Part shown: positions 1-11,163 of the stretch, piece after piece
Layout: each line of letters opens with the position of its first letter
How positions within the stretch are numbered: the stretch's first letter is position 1
From: an uncultured Chloroflexia bacterium
GTDB lineage: Bacteria; Chloroflexota; Anaerolineae; JAAYZQ01
Direction: 5' to 3'
Length of the DNA: 64,000 nt
Assembly (NCBI GenBank): GCA_963700285.1
Contig: CAVOXA010000014.1
Span: 416,001 to 480,000 of the forward strand
The notes under the pieces: generated by a model
Databases searched by the model: none
What the model saw: the letters and a program-made list of their open reading frames with translations, nothing else
What the model was told of the DNA's origin: nothing
Made by a program: the position numbers and the translations under genes

Positions 1-614
1 ATCAGGTCCAGCACCGCCGCCTCGACGGTCACGTCCAGAGCGGTGGTCGGCTCGTCCATGATGAGCAGCGCCGGTCCGTTGAGCAGGGCCATGGCGATGA
101 CGACGCGCTGCTGCTGTCCGCCCGATATCTGGTGCGGATAGCGCCGCATCACGTTCTCCGGGTCGGGCATGTAGACCCGCTCGAGCATGGCGACGCACTT
201 TTCCTCGGCCTCGGCCTGGCTCATGTCACGGTGGACGGTCAGCACCTCGGACATCTGCTCGCCGAGGCGCATGGAGGGATTGAGGGCCTGCATCGGATCC
301 TGGTAGACCATCGAGATCTGGTCACCGCGGATCCGGCGCAGTTCTTCCTGCGAGCGGCCCACCAGGTCCTGGCCCTGGAAGAGGATGCGGCCGTCCACGA
401 TCCTGCCGTTCTTCCCCAAAAAGTTGACGATGCCAAAGGCCACGGTGCTCTTGCCGCAACCCGACTCACCGACGATGCTGTGGGCCTCGCCGCGCTGGAT
501 CTCAAAGCTGACGTCGCGCACGGCGGGCACGTCGCCCTGTGCGCGTCTCGTAGGAGATGGCCAGATTCTTCCACATGCAAGAACGGGTGTCTTGATCTGG
601 TGGTCTGCTGTCAT
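1..614 (-). CDS. Peptide/nickel-type ABC transporter ATP-binding protein (runs off window, frameshifted)
   Basis: The minus strand encodes [10 protein letters not shown] (Walker A), [26 protein letters not shown] and [17 protein letters not shown] across several frames. ATG at 614 follows an RBS. Confidence 0.85.
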   Translation of the reverse strand, partial: MTADHQIKTPVLACGRIWPSPTRRAQGDVPAVRDVSFEIQRGEAHSIVGESGCGKSTVAFGIVNFLGKNGRIVDGRILFQGQDLVGRSQEELRRIRGDQISMVYQDPMQALNPSMRLGEQMSEVLTVHRDMSQAEAEEKCVAMLERVYMPDPENVMRRYPHQISGGQQQRVVIAMALLNGPALLIMDEPTTALDVTVEAAVLDL

Positions 615-630
615 AGGCTGCACTCCTCAT

Positions 631-1559
631 CTACTGATATCGCAGCGACTCTTCGCGCAGACCGTCGGCCAACAGGCTCAGACCGACGACCAGGGAGGAG
701 ATGGCCAGCGTGGGCCAGATGACGGCCCAGGGATTGGTAAAGATGTGCTCGTGCCCAGCCTGGACCATGCCCCCCCAATCGGGGTTGGGCGGTGGCAGCC
801 CCAGCCCCAGGAAACCCAGGGTACCCAGGGAAAAGATGGCATAGCCCACCCGCAGCATGGCATCGATGAGGACCGGGCCGCGGGCATTGGGCAGGATCTC
901 GACGTACATCATCCGCAGCGACGATTCGCCGCGGGTCTGGGCCGCGGCGACATAGTCGCGGGTGCGGATGTCCAGCGTCAGGCCGCGCACCAGGCGGGCG
1001 ATGCCCGGAATACCGGCGATCGTGATGGCGATGACGACGTTGGTCGCCGAAGCGCCCACGGCGGCGATGATGATCAGGTAGAGCAGGATGGTCGGAAAGG
1101 CCATCATCGCGTCCAGGCCGCGCATCACGACGTCATCGGTGGGTCCGGCAAAATAACCCGCAATCAAGCCCAAGCGTGACGCCGATCGACCACGGAAAGG
1201 AACACGCCCCAAATCGCCACGCCACCTGGGATCCAGAAGTTCTCAGTGATGGGCCACTTGATCAGGACGATCTGCCCGCCGTAGGCCAGGCGGGACCAGA
1301 GGTCCCGTCCCTTGTGGTCGGTGCCCAACGGGTGGGCGAGCCGAGGGGCCCTGGCTCCTGGCCTGCGAATCCTCCTCGTTGGGATCGTAGCGCGTGACCA
1401 CCGGGGCAAAGATGGCAGCCAGGACCCAGAACAGAATGATGCACAGGCCGACGATCGCAATCTTGGAACTCCACAGGATGGTCAGGCTGCCCTTGGTCTT
1501 TTGCCAGCGGCTGGGCTTCGAAGCGCAGCAGCACCCGCCGTGGCTTCTTCGGTTGCCAT
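631..1559 (-). CDS. Peptide/nickel ABC transporter permease (DppC/OppC-like), frameshifted
   Basis: HPLGTDHKGRDLWSRLAYG, an EAA-like loop (RDYVAAAQTRGES) and LGFLGLGLPPPNPDWG, split over ORFs 631-1212, 1164-1460 and 1482-1706. Confidence 0.85.
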
Positions 1560-1599
1560 CGTACCTCCTCCCTCGACCTCAAAGCTCGCCCTAACCTCA

Positions 1600-2910
1600 C
1601 TACGCATACCGGATGCGCGGGTTGAGGAACGTGTAGATAATGTCGGCAATGAGCTGCGAACCCACAGCCACAACGACCAGGACCATCGCAGCCGTTTCGA
1701 CGGCATAGACGTCGTTGAACATGGCCGAATTCAACAGGTATTGCCCCAGGCCAGGATAGCTGAACAGCACCTCGACCACGACGATACCGCCGATGAGCCA
1801 GTTCACGTGGAGCATGATGACCGTGATCGGGCGCCATCAGGGAGTTGCGCAGGATGTGCTTCCTGACGATCTGTCCTTGGGGCAGGCCCTTCAGGTGGGC
1901 CGTGCGGACATAGGGCGAGTTGGCGACCTCGACCACGCTGGCGCGCGTGATGCGCAGCACATAGCCCAGCTCGATGAGGGTCAGCGTGACCACGGGCAGG
2001 ACCAGCATGGACGGGATTGTCCAGGATGGCCTTGTCATCGAGCAGGACCACGGAGCCGGGCAGGACCTCGAGCCAGGCGGCAAAGACCAGGATGAGGAGG
2101 ATGCCGGTGGCAAAGTTGGGGCTGGCCGTGGTCAGCAAGCCGCCTACGGTCAGGACACGGTCGATGCCCTTGCCCTCGTTCAGTCCCGCGACAAGGCCCA
2201 GCACCACGGCCAGGGGCATGACGACGATAAAGGCGATGCCGGCCAAGAGCAAGGAATTCCGCAACCGGAGGAAGAGCGTGTCGGCCACGGGACGCCCTGT
2301 GCGGAAAGACACACCCGGGTCGCCCCGGACCAAGCCTTTCTGGATGGGGATGTAGCGAACACCGCCTGTCTGCTCCACGGCAGCCCGGCCGGCCGAAGCG
2401 GCCGATACTTCCTCCTCGCTGAACCCTTTCTTCCAGAGGGTGGCCCGATTGCCCGTGTCGATGCCCCAGAAGAACTGCTGACCGTTCTCGTCGGTCTGCC
2501 AGCCGTCAAAGTCGCCCTCCACCTTTTCGACGCTTGCCGTCGGGCTGCATGCGGTGGACGACAATCTCACCATCTTTCATGCTCCAGCGGGTGAGCGTGC
2601 CGTCGACATCGGCCCACCAGGTGACAATGCCGCTGATCGGGTCAACCCTGCGCTCCAGAGAATAACCAGTCAGGGCAGAGGCACGCCAGTCAGCAGCCGA
2701 CCAGCCACTGAGAGGTAGCGCCAGTACATGGGCTCCTCCAGACCGAGCTGGACTCGAAAAAGCACCGTCTGCTCCGGCGTGGCAAAGGGCCCCAGGATGT
2801 GGCGGGCGATATCGCCCGGCGCGATCTCGGAGATCAAAAAGATAACAGATGGAAACGAGGAGCATGGTCAGTACCATGCCCAGCAAGCGCCGCGTAATGA
2901 ACTTCCCCAT
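1600..2910 (-). CDS. Peptide/nickel ABC transporter permease (DppB/OppB-like) with a large extracytoplasmic insertion, frameshifted
   Basis: Starts MGKFITRRLL. Contains GDPGVSFRTGRPVADTL, YVRTAHLKGL and IVVVEVLFSYPGLG in several frames. Confidence 0.85.
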
Positions 2911-2957
2911 AGAAGTCCCCTTTCCAGGTTCTGATGGACACCAAACGGAGAACAAGT

Positions 2958-3023
2958 GGGGAATCGAGATGGAGATTGAGGTGCCGTACTGGCTATGCAC
3001 CTCAACCTCTATCTCAATATCCC
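2958..3023 (-). other. Long stem-loop after the substrate-binding gene (mRNA stabiliser or partial terminator)
   Basis: Imperfect inverted repeat gagatggagattgaggtgc ... gcacctcaacctctatctc with a 12-nt loop, lying between the binding-protein and permease genes. Confidence 0.6.
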
Positions 3024-3034
3024 AGTCAGTCGAG

Positions 3035-4794
3035 CTAGGCCTCCGGATCTATCCAGGCGTTGGCCCAAAGATGGTAGTCGGTGGGGTGCGCCGCGACGTT
3101 TTGGAAGTTCGGCGGATAGAAGGTCCAGCCAATAAAGTAGTAGGCGTTGCCGATGGAGCCACGCTCCTGCTGGATCAGCTCCAGCTTTTCCATGATGCCG
3201 CGCCGCTCTTCTACGTCGGGAGTAGCGTTGGCCTCGCGCCAGGAGTGTTTGAAACTCTTCGTCACACCAGCGGGTCTCGTTCCAGGGCACCGGATTCCCG
3301 TCCTGGTCGCAGGTGTAGGCCAGTTCCAGGACCATGGTGCCCAGCGGGCGGTGCGTCCAGGAGGTGATGCCCAGGTCGACCTCGGTCCACAGCTCCCAGT
3401 ACTGGTTGTTGGGCATCGTGTTCAAGGTGATCCGGAAGCCGGCCGGCTCGGCGTCCTGCTTCAGCGTCTCGGCGTAGGCGACGATGTCGTCCCAGCCGGA
3501 ACCGACGGCAATCTCCACGTCGAGTCCATCGGGGTAGCCGGCCTCGGCCAGCAGAGCCTTGGCCTTCTCCGGTCATATGGCGGCGTTGGTACCTCGGCAT
3601 AGTCGGGATGGGCCGGCGAGACGTGATGGTCCTGGCCGATGAGGCCCTGGCCAAAGTAGGCCAGGTCGAGGATCTTTTGGCGGTGCTGGCAGAGCTTGAG
3701 CGCCTGGCGCACCTGGTTGTCGGTCCAGGGCTCCATGTCCACGCGCATGCGCAGGATGCGGGTGCGAGCGGTGGGCACCGTGTATAGATTGGCGCCATCC
3801 CAGTCCTTCAGCGCCTCCCAGGTCGTCGGGATAGACATTGTAGATGGTATCGATCTGGCCCTGCTTCATGGCGGTGACGGCCGGGGTCTGGTCCTCACCC
3901 TGGTCGACGTAGATGATCTCATCCAGGAAGGGTAGTTGATTCCCCTCGGTCGTCCTTGCCCCAGTAGTCCTCGCGACGCTTGAGCACGCACGCGCTCACC
4001 CACCGAGTACTCTGCAAGCGTAAAGGGACCCGTGCCGACCGGCTGGGCGACAATGTCACCCTCAAAGCCACGGTGCACAATCTGGGCCGGATAGTGGAAG
4101 AGGTCCTCTGGCACCGAGATGGCCGCCGCGTCCAGGTTCAAGCGCACGTGGTAGTCATCCACCTTTTCGACACCAGTGGGCTGCAGGTAGGGCATCTTGC
4201 CGATCATCGACGAGCCGACTTCGGGGTTCAGCCACTCGCCAAAGTTGAAAAGCACGTCGTCGGCCGTGAACTCGTCCCCATTGTTGAACATGAATGCCTT
4301 TGCGCAGGTACAAGTCCCAGGTCTTTAGGTCGTCGCTGGGCTGTCCACTTTTCCAGCAGTAGGGGATGGGTGATGTTGTCATAGCCGGTCTGGGTCAGAT
4401 ACTCCAGGAAGTGACGGGTGGCGTTCGAGTCATAGACCCAGGAGTAGCGGGCCGGATGGTCGATGCGGATGACCTGCATCGAGCAGCGCATGGTGCCGCC
4501 GTACTTGGGGCCGCCTGCCGCTGGGGCCGCCGTAGGTGCCGGGGCCTCTGTCGGCGCCACCGCGGCCGGAGCCTCGGTGGCTTTGGCAGCGGGCGCCGCG
4601 GTGGGCGCTGCGGGCGCCTCGGTTCCGCCACAGGCCGCCAGGAAAGCGCTGGCGCCGGCAAAGGACATGCCCAGCAGCGTCGCGTTTCGCAAAAAATCGC
4701 GGCGGCTGATGCGGCCCTGTTGATACTGATGCTTTAGTTCGGGGATGTAGGCGTGCTCACCCTCATTGCGCTGTGTCCGCTTGATGATTTCCAT
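3035..4794 (-). CDS. Family 5 ABC substrate-binding lipoprotein with Tat signal, frameshifted
   Basis: SRRDFLR Tat motif, LAAC lipobox, APT-rich linker, FNNGDEFTADDV, PVGTGPF and VRQALK. RBS aaggaggag precedes ATG 4794. Confidence 0.85.
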
Positions 4795-5010
4795 TCTGTA
4801 CTCCTCCTTCATATTGTGGGTATTTCGGCCAGCAACGGATGGACCCAGTATCTGCTATGGTTAGAGGACTGGGTCCAGCTATCTCACAAGAACAGTGGTT
4901 GAACTGAACTGTACACACCTCCCTTCCAACTTTCTCGATGTGAGACACAGTCTCACAACTCGGCCAGCAGCACATGTTTTTGGGGGAAAACTCGGTAGAA
5001 ACTGCGTTTG

Positions 5011-5038
5011 ATTATACCATATTCCAGCCCGTTGTCAA
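5011..5038 (-). promoter_or_regulatory. Sigma70 promoter of the ABC transporter operon
   Basis: TTGACA-N16-TATAAT with an extended -10 TG on the minus strand. Confidence 0.8.
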
Positions 5039-5126
5039 ACCGCCCGTTTGCTGCTAGGATTTATGTTAACATCTAATGATCGACAGATTTCTCCTAGACA
5101 CTTGAAGGTCCTAGGATCTCGGGGCG

Positions 5127-6610
5127 CTAGACGGTGTGGCGCTCCTCAGCTCGAGCGATGATCTCCTGCAACCGGAGCAGCGTCTCCTCAGGAATGTATG
5201 GCGGTTCGTGGTTCTCCAGGATGTCCAGCACCTTGGCCCGGACCCGGTCAGCCATGGTCTGCGCCCCGCCGGCCTCCCAGGCGCGGCGCATCTGGCGGTC
5301 CATGAGGGTCGGGAACCACATCTCGGCGCGGAAATGCTGGCGGGTGTGCTGCTGGGTCAGGTAGTGGCCGCCTGGACCGACCTGCTCGATGACGTCCACG
5401 GCCAGCGTCTCGGGGGTGACGTCGATGCCGCCCAGCGATGCGCTTGGCCATAGCCGATCACCTCGTCGGACATGACCAGCATGTCGATAGGAGCCGAGCA
5501 GGCCCGACTCCAGATAGCCCACGTCGTGGATGAGGTTGGCGCCCGACAGCGCGGCGACGATGATGGACATGGTAGCCTCGATGGCCGCCTGCTGGTCGAG
5601 GGTCTTGGCATCGGAGCAGCCGGCGGTGGAGAACATGGGCACGCCCAGCCACTTGGCCACGTCGGTCATGGCCGCGCTGATCAGGGCCAGTTCGGGCGCG
5701 CCGTAGGACAGGATCGAGGTCGCCATGTCCATGGGCGAGTTGCACGCCGCCCATGATGACCGCCGCGCCCTTGCGCTTGAGCTGGGCCAGCACCACGCCC
5801 ACCAGGTACTCGGCCAGGGCCTGCACCATCGTCCCGGCCAGGGTCAGCCGGGCCCGGTGCCGCCGCACATGATGCAAGGCGTGTAGATGGCCGGGATGCC
5901 CATCTCGGCGGCGTACAGGATCTTTTCCACGGCTTCGACCGAGTTGGTCAGGGGGGAGCTGGGCTCGATGTAGACGACGAAAAGAGGCGCCCGGGCAAAC
6001 TCGTCCGGCGCCGCCCAGCACCTCGCAGGCCATCTGGTACTGGTCGGCCAAGCCCTCCTTGTCCACGGCGGTGATGACCAGCGGCTTGGATGTGCCCCGC
6101 AGCATGGCCAGGAACTGGTGCCGGTCGTAGGTCTGGGGCAGCACGCCCGAGGTCAGGCCCAGCGACATGTGAAAGTCGATGTTGGGCAGGGCGTCGCTGA
6201 TCCGGGCCGCGTTGTAGACATCCTCAAAGGTGTACTTGCGCACCTCGTCGGTGTAGGGATCCACCATGGATGGACAGTCGGAGCCGGTGCCAAAGTAGAA
6301 CTTGTCCTTCTCCAGGAGATGCGCCTGCTGCGGTCGCGCCCGGCGATGACGATCCGGCCGGGTGTGGTGTTCAGCGCCTCTTTCAGCAACCAGGCCGGAA
6401 TACGGACCAGAGCCCGGGCCTGGCCGCCAGTGTCTCCTCGCTGATCAGGCAACCGGCGTCACGCAGCAGCGCCAGCCCTTCCTCACCGTGATATCCGCGT
6501 ACGCCCGCCCGGCCCAGGACATCCAGGGCAGCGTGAAAGATCTCTTCGATCTGATCGTCGGACAGCACGCGGAACTGTGGAGTTACGTTGATTTGGTAAT
6601 TGGCTCTCAT
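5127..6610 (-). CDS. Trimethylamine methyltransferase (MttB) family protein, non-pyrrolysine, frameshifted
   Basis: VLSDDQIEEIFHAALDVL, AGCSDAKTLDQQAAIE, GANLIHDVGYLESGL and VGPGGHYL, assembled from ORFs 6383-6610, 6153-6452, 5458-6267 and 5127-5732. Confidence 0.85.
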
Positions 6611-6615
6611 CTTGT

Positions 6616-7514
6616 CTATGCTGCTCCTTCACGAACAGCCGCGGCCATGGCCGCGATATGGGCCGGCGAAGAGCCACAGCAGCCGCCGACGATGACCGCG
6701 CCTAGATCCGACGTACTGGCGAGCCAAGCCGGCCATCCTTGCCGGATCAGCGTCGTAGACCACCTGGCGCTTGACCATGCGCGGGATACCAGCATTGGGC
6801 TTGGCAATCAGATAGGCATCGGGTGCAGCCTCGTGCATCAGCGGCAGCAGCTCGAGCACCTCCTCGGGGGCATGACCACAGTTGGCGCCTACGGCGGACA
6901 CGCCCATCTGGGACAGCGTCTGAGCAGCCTGGGCTGGGCGGATGCCCATGCTGGTGCGGCCATGGGTGTCGAAGCTAAAGGTGCAGAAGACCGGCAGGTC
7001 ACAGTCCGTGCATGGCACCCTCGACGGCCGCTCTGGCCTCGTTCAGATCGCTCATGGTTTCGATATAGATGCAGTCCACGCCACCCGCGGCCAGCGCCCC
7101 AGCCTGCTCGGCAAAGATCTCTACCGCAGCCTCGTAGGTCAGCGGGCCGAGGGGGGGCATCATCTCGCCCGAGGGACCGATGTCGCCGCCGACATAGACG
7201 TCATCGTCCAGCGGCCTGGCGGGCCAACTCGGCGGCACGGCGGTTGATCTCTGCCACCTGGGCGTCGAGGCCGGCGGCTTTCAGGCGGGCACGGCGTGCC
7301 GCCAAAGGTACTGGTGAGGATGAGCTGAGAGCCGGCGTCCAGATAGGCCTGGTGCAGCGCCATGATCTCCTCGGGCCGCTCCAGGATCCAGGCCTCGCCG
7401 GGCATGCCCCGTGGGCAGACCGGCGGCCTGCAGCATCGTGCCTGTCGCCCCGTCGGCGATCAGCACCTCGCCTGGCGCCAGGAATTCTAGCCTGTCCAGA
7501 ATCGGTACTCGCAT
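6616..7514 (-). CDS. Homocysteine S-methyltransferase domain protein (MetH N-terminal/BHMT fold), frameshifted
   Basis: ADGATGTML, HQAYLDAGS, IETMSDL, GANC and GGCCG zinc ligands. Close paralog of 61567-62451. Confidence 0.85.
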
Positions 7515-7633
7515 GGGGTCGCTCCTTTGGACACGTATGTGCTGCGTGCTACGTGTTGCGTGAATCTGTTGGCAAGCTGTTTCTCCACTCCGCACGCCAC
7601 ATGCCTTACGTTTGATGCTTGAGGCTTGACGCC

Positions 7634-8284
7634 CTACGCTCCGGCCAGTTGCTTGACGACCTTGACGGCCTCGGTCGCGTTCTCGGCGTAGGCGTCGGCG
7701 CCGATCTCCTCGGCCCACTCTGGGCTGGCCGGCACGCCGCCGATGATGACTTTGACCTGGTCGCGCAGACCGGCCTCTTTGAGGCTGAGGATGACCGCCT
7801 CCTGGTTGAGGATGGTCGTGGTGAGCAGCGCCGACAAACCGACTATGTCGGCATCCACTTCACGCACCTTGTCGACGAACTGCTGAGCCGACACATCCAC
7901 GCCCAGGTCGTGCACCTCAAATCCATTGGCAGCCAGCATGGTCGCCACCAGCGTCTTGCCGATCTCGTGGATGTCCCCCTGGACCGTGCCGATGACCACC
8001 TTGCCCAGCACCTCGCGCTGCTGGCGCCTCTTTAGCAGCTCTGGTTCCAGGGTGGCGATGGCGGCCTTTATCGCCTCACCGCTCATCATCAGGTCAGGAA
8101 TGAACAGCTCACCGTTGGCAAAACCCTCACCGACGACATCCATGCCCGGTTTGAAGCCCTTGTCGATGGCCTCCAGCGGATCAACGCCCTCACGCAATGC
8201 CTCGTTGGCCAGCTCTCTGGCCCTATCAGGCAGACCGTCAATGACAGCCTTTGCCATATCCTCGTACAGTTTTTCGTTTGCCAT
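7634..8284 (-). CDS. Corrinoid protein (MttC/MtbC-like)
   Basis: Cap domain plus GTVQGDIHEIGK (DxHxxG), SALLTTT and IIGG motifs. Confidence 0.92.
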   Translation of the reverse strand: MANEKLYEDMAKAVIDGLPDRARELANEALREGVDPLEAIDKGFKPGMDVVGEGFANGELFIPDLMMSGEAIKAAIATLEPELLKRRQQREVLGKVVIGTVQGDIHEIGKTLVATMLAANGFEVHDLGVDVSAQQFVDKVREVDADIVGLSALLTTTILNQEAVILSLKEAGLRDQVKVIIGGVPASPEWAEEIGADAYAENATEAVKVVKQLAGA

Positions 8285-8387
8285 GTCTCCCTCCCTAGTC
8301 TGTGCTTGATTATGCTGGCTTTGTACCTGCAAGGATTGGGCCGGGCAACACCCCGTCCAGCCACCGCGTACACATCAGTGGCTCCCG

Positions 8388-9830
8388 CTAGACCGCTGCT
8401 TGAGCCAAGATCGCCTGCAGTTCGTCTTTTCTGTCTGGAGCCAGGGCCCTGGTCCGGTGCTCCCTGAGAATCTCCTTGACCCGGCCGTTGAGACGTTGGT
8501 TCAGCGACATCGCCCCGGATTCCAGCCATTGGTCCCGCCTCTGCCGGTCCAGGAGGCCAGGATACCAGAAATCCCGAAAGCGCCCCAACGTCTTTGCGGT
8601 GTCCATAAAGTGGCCGCCGGGCCCGACCTGATGCAACTCTTCCAGCATCATCGTATCTGCGTTGACCTCGATACCTTTCATCAGATGATCGGCCAGGGCA
8701 ATCAGCTCATCGGTGAGAACGATCATCTCGAAGGAGCCGGTGAGCCCACTTTCCAGGTAGCCGACATCGTGGATCAGGTTCGCACCACTAAGCTTGGCCA
8801 TCATGACCGACAACTGAGCTTCCAGCGCGGCCTGCTCGTCCATGACCTTGGCGTCACTGCAGCCGGCATAACCCCAGGTTGGCAACCCATACCACTGGCC
8901 CAATTGGGCGATGGCCGCTTTGGTGAGCTGGAATTCGGGCGACCCGTAGCAGATCTGGGCCGACCGCATGTCCAGGTGATGCAGGCCAGCGCCAAAGACA
9001 AAGGGCGCTCCCGGCCGCGCCAACTGGTGCACGACCAAAGCACTGAGGATCTCGGCCAGGGCCAGCACCAGACCGCTGGCCATCGTGATCGGGCCCGTGC
9101 CGCCCATCAGCGGAGCGGGCGAATAGACGATGGGCAGTTCGTTCTCGGCCATGAGCAGCAGTTTGTCCACGGCGGTCTCGGACTGCTGCAGCGGCGAACT
9201 GGGCTCAGAATAGAGCAGGATATGCTGTTGCTCGACCAGCGCACCGTGCCCGCCTGCCACGGCAGTCGCCATATCAATGGCGCGCTGGCAGCTAGCCTTG
9301 TCGTTGGTCACAAACACGATAGGCTTGGTGGTGTGCTCCAGCATCAGTGCCATCTGCAGATCGTAGGCCAGCGCCGGTTCGACATCGGAGGGGATGCCGA
9401 TGGACATCACAAAGTGGATGTTCTCCAGGGCATCACAGAGGCGATAGCCACTGACGATGTCGGCCTGCGTGAACTTGCGATGGTCGCCGGTCTCGGGGTC
9501 GAGGAAGTTCAAGCAGTCGGAGCCAGTGCCAAAGTAGACCTTGGTTCCTTCCAGGTGCAATACAGGGTCGCCATCGCGATCGCACATGACGATCCTGCCC
9601 GGCGTCGAGGCAACTGCATCCTCCACCAAGCGAGCCGGAAACCTGACCAGATTTCCATCGGAGACAAAGGCTCCCTCTTTTTGCAGCATGTCCAGGGCTC
9701 CCCGGTGATGGAAGCGAAGCCCAGTGCGCCGTAACACCTCCAGGGCACCAAAGTGCAGGTCTTGAAGCTGGCCTTCAGACAGAATCGCGAACTGCGGTCC
9801 GAGATACGCCACCGAATTCACTGTTTTCAT
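8388..9830 (-). CDS. MttB family methyltransferase, non-pyrrolysine
   Basis: Intact 480-aa ORF with SEPSSPL, YGLPTWGYAGCSDAK, GANLIHDVGYLESGL and VGPGGHF. Confidence 0.92.
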   Translation of the reverse strand: MKTVNSVAYLGPQFAILSEGQLQDLHFGALEVLRRTGLRFHHRGALDMLQKEGAFVSDGNLVRFPARLVEDAVASTPGRIVMCDRDGDPVLHLEGTKVYFGTGSDCLNFLDPETGDHRKFTQADIVSGYRLCDALENIHFVMSIGIPSDVEPALAYDLQMALMLEHTTKPIVFVTNDKASCQRAIDMATAVAGGHGALVEQQHILLYSEPSSPLQQSETAVDKLLLMAENELPIVYSPAPLMGGTGPITMASGLVLALAEILSALVVHQLARPGAPFVFGAGLHHLDMRSAQICYGSPEFQLTKAAIAQLGQWYGLPTWGYAGCSDAKVMDEQAALEAQLSVMMAKLSGANLIHDVGYLESGLTGSFEMIVLTDELIALADHLMKGIEVNADTMMLEELHQVGPGGHFMDTAKTLGRFRDFWYPGLLDRQRRDQWLESGAMSLNQRLNGRVKEILREHRTRALAPDRKDELQAILAQAAV

Positions 9831-9970
9831 GGTCGATTCCCCTCAGGGCCACACAGCTACACTGTCAGAGATCCAGAAATATACGCGCTGGCGAAGAGCC
9901 TGAACTCTTGGCGCAGCATTTTTGTAGATACGCCGCGCTTGGCCGTCACCCAGTCGCCTCAAAGCGCCCA

Positions 9971-11134
9971 CTAGAGGGCAGCGAGTGCACCTGCTATCCG
10001 CTCCAATGCCTTCTGGATATTCTCCATCGAGGTAGCGTACGAAAGACGCAGGTAGCCCTCCCCATTGCGACCAAAAGACGTACCAGGCAGAACGGCGACC
10101 CCAGCCTCATCCAACAAATAGTCGGCCAGCTCGTCCGAGGACAGGCCGAATGCGGACACATTTGGAAAAGCGTAGAAGGCGCCCTTGGGCATCGGGCACC
10201 GGAGGCCGGGAATGGCGTTGAGCCCATCGACGATAAAGTCGCGACGGCGGCGGAACTCGGCCACCACCGCATCCACCTCATCCTGTGGGCCGAGGACAGC
10301 TTCCAGACCTGCATACTGGGTGAAGGTTGCCGAACAACCGACCGAGTGGGTGAGCAGGAGATCCAGCTTTTCGGCCAGTGGTTGGGGCATGATGCCAAAG
10401 CCCAGGCGCCAACCGGTCATGGCGTAGGTCTTGGAGAAACCATCGGCAATGATGGTCCGATCAGCCATACCAGGCAGCGATATAATGCTGGATGCCGCGT
10501 CATCGTAGGCCATCCGACCATAGATTTCGTCGGAGAGGATCCACAGGTCATGACGGTTGGCAATCTCGGCTACATGGACCAAGGTCTCGGCTGATAGAAT
10601 GTTGCCCGTGGGATTGCCAGGAGAATTCAGGATGATCATGCGCGTTCTAGGACCAAGGCGGAGATCCAGGGCGTCCACGTCCAGGTCAAATCCCCGCTCC
10701 TCGACCAGGGGGATGGGCACAGGAGTCGCGCCACTCAGACCAATGGTTGCCGCGTAGCTGGGGAAGCCCGGATCGGGATGGATCACTTCATCACCCGGCT
10801 CAAGGAGGGCCAGCATTGGCAGGAGCAGCAGCGGTTTGTTCCCAGGCGCGACCACGACCTGCTCGGACGAAAACTCGACCCCACGCCGCCATCCGGCATC
10901 GGCGGCCAGAGCCTGGCGAAGGGCCGGCACGCCGGAGGGCAAGGTATAGCGGGTATGGCCCGTGGTAATGGCCCGAATACCGGCAAGGGCAATGTTTGCA
11001 TAGGTCTCAAAATCAGGCTGGCCCATTTCCAGGTGGACGATCTCCCTGCCCTGGGCTTCCAACGCCTGGGCGCGAGCAAAGACCGCATAGGCCCCTTCTG
11101 CCTTCAAATGAATGATGCGACGGGCAAAGGACAT
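9971..11134 (-). CDS. Pyridoxal-phosphate-dependent aminotransferase class I (aspartate aminotransferase-like)
   Basis: GQPDF, NSPGNPTG, SDEIY and GFSKTYAMTGWRLG (PLP lysine). Confidence 0.92.
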   Translation of the reverse strand: MSFARRIIHLKAEGAYAVFARAQALEAQGREIVHLEMGQPDFETYANIALAGIRAITTGHTRYTLPSGVPALRQALAADAGWRRGVEFSSEQVVVAPGNKPLLLLPMLALLEPGDEVIHPDPGFPSYAATIGLSGATPVPIPLVEERGFDLDVDALDLRLGPRTRMIILNSPGNPTGNILSAETLVHVAEIANRHDLWILSDEIYGRMAYDDAASSIISLPGMADRTIIADGFSKTYAMTGWRLGFGIMPQPLAEKLDLLLTHSVGCSATFTQYAGLEAVLGPQDEVDAVVAEFRRRRDFIVDGLNAIPGLRCPMPKGAFYAFPNVSAFGLSSDELADYLLDEAGVAVLPGTSFGRNGEGYLRLSYATSMENIQKALERIAGALAAL

Positions 11135-11163
11135 AGCACCTGTCCTTTCAGAACAGTTTGAAT

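Noticed and set aside
1-7514. Programmed frameshifting or phase variation
   Set aside because: Indels are numerous, scattered and not tied to consistent slippery sites, which fits sequencing error better.
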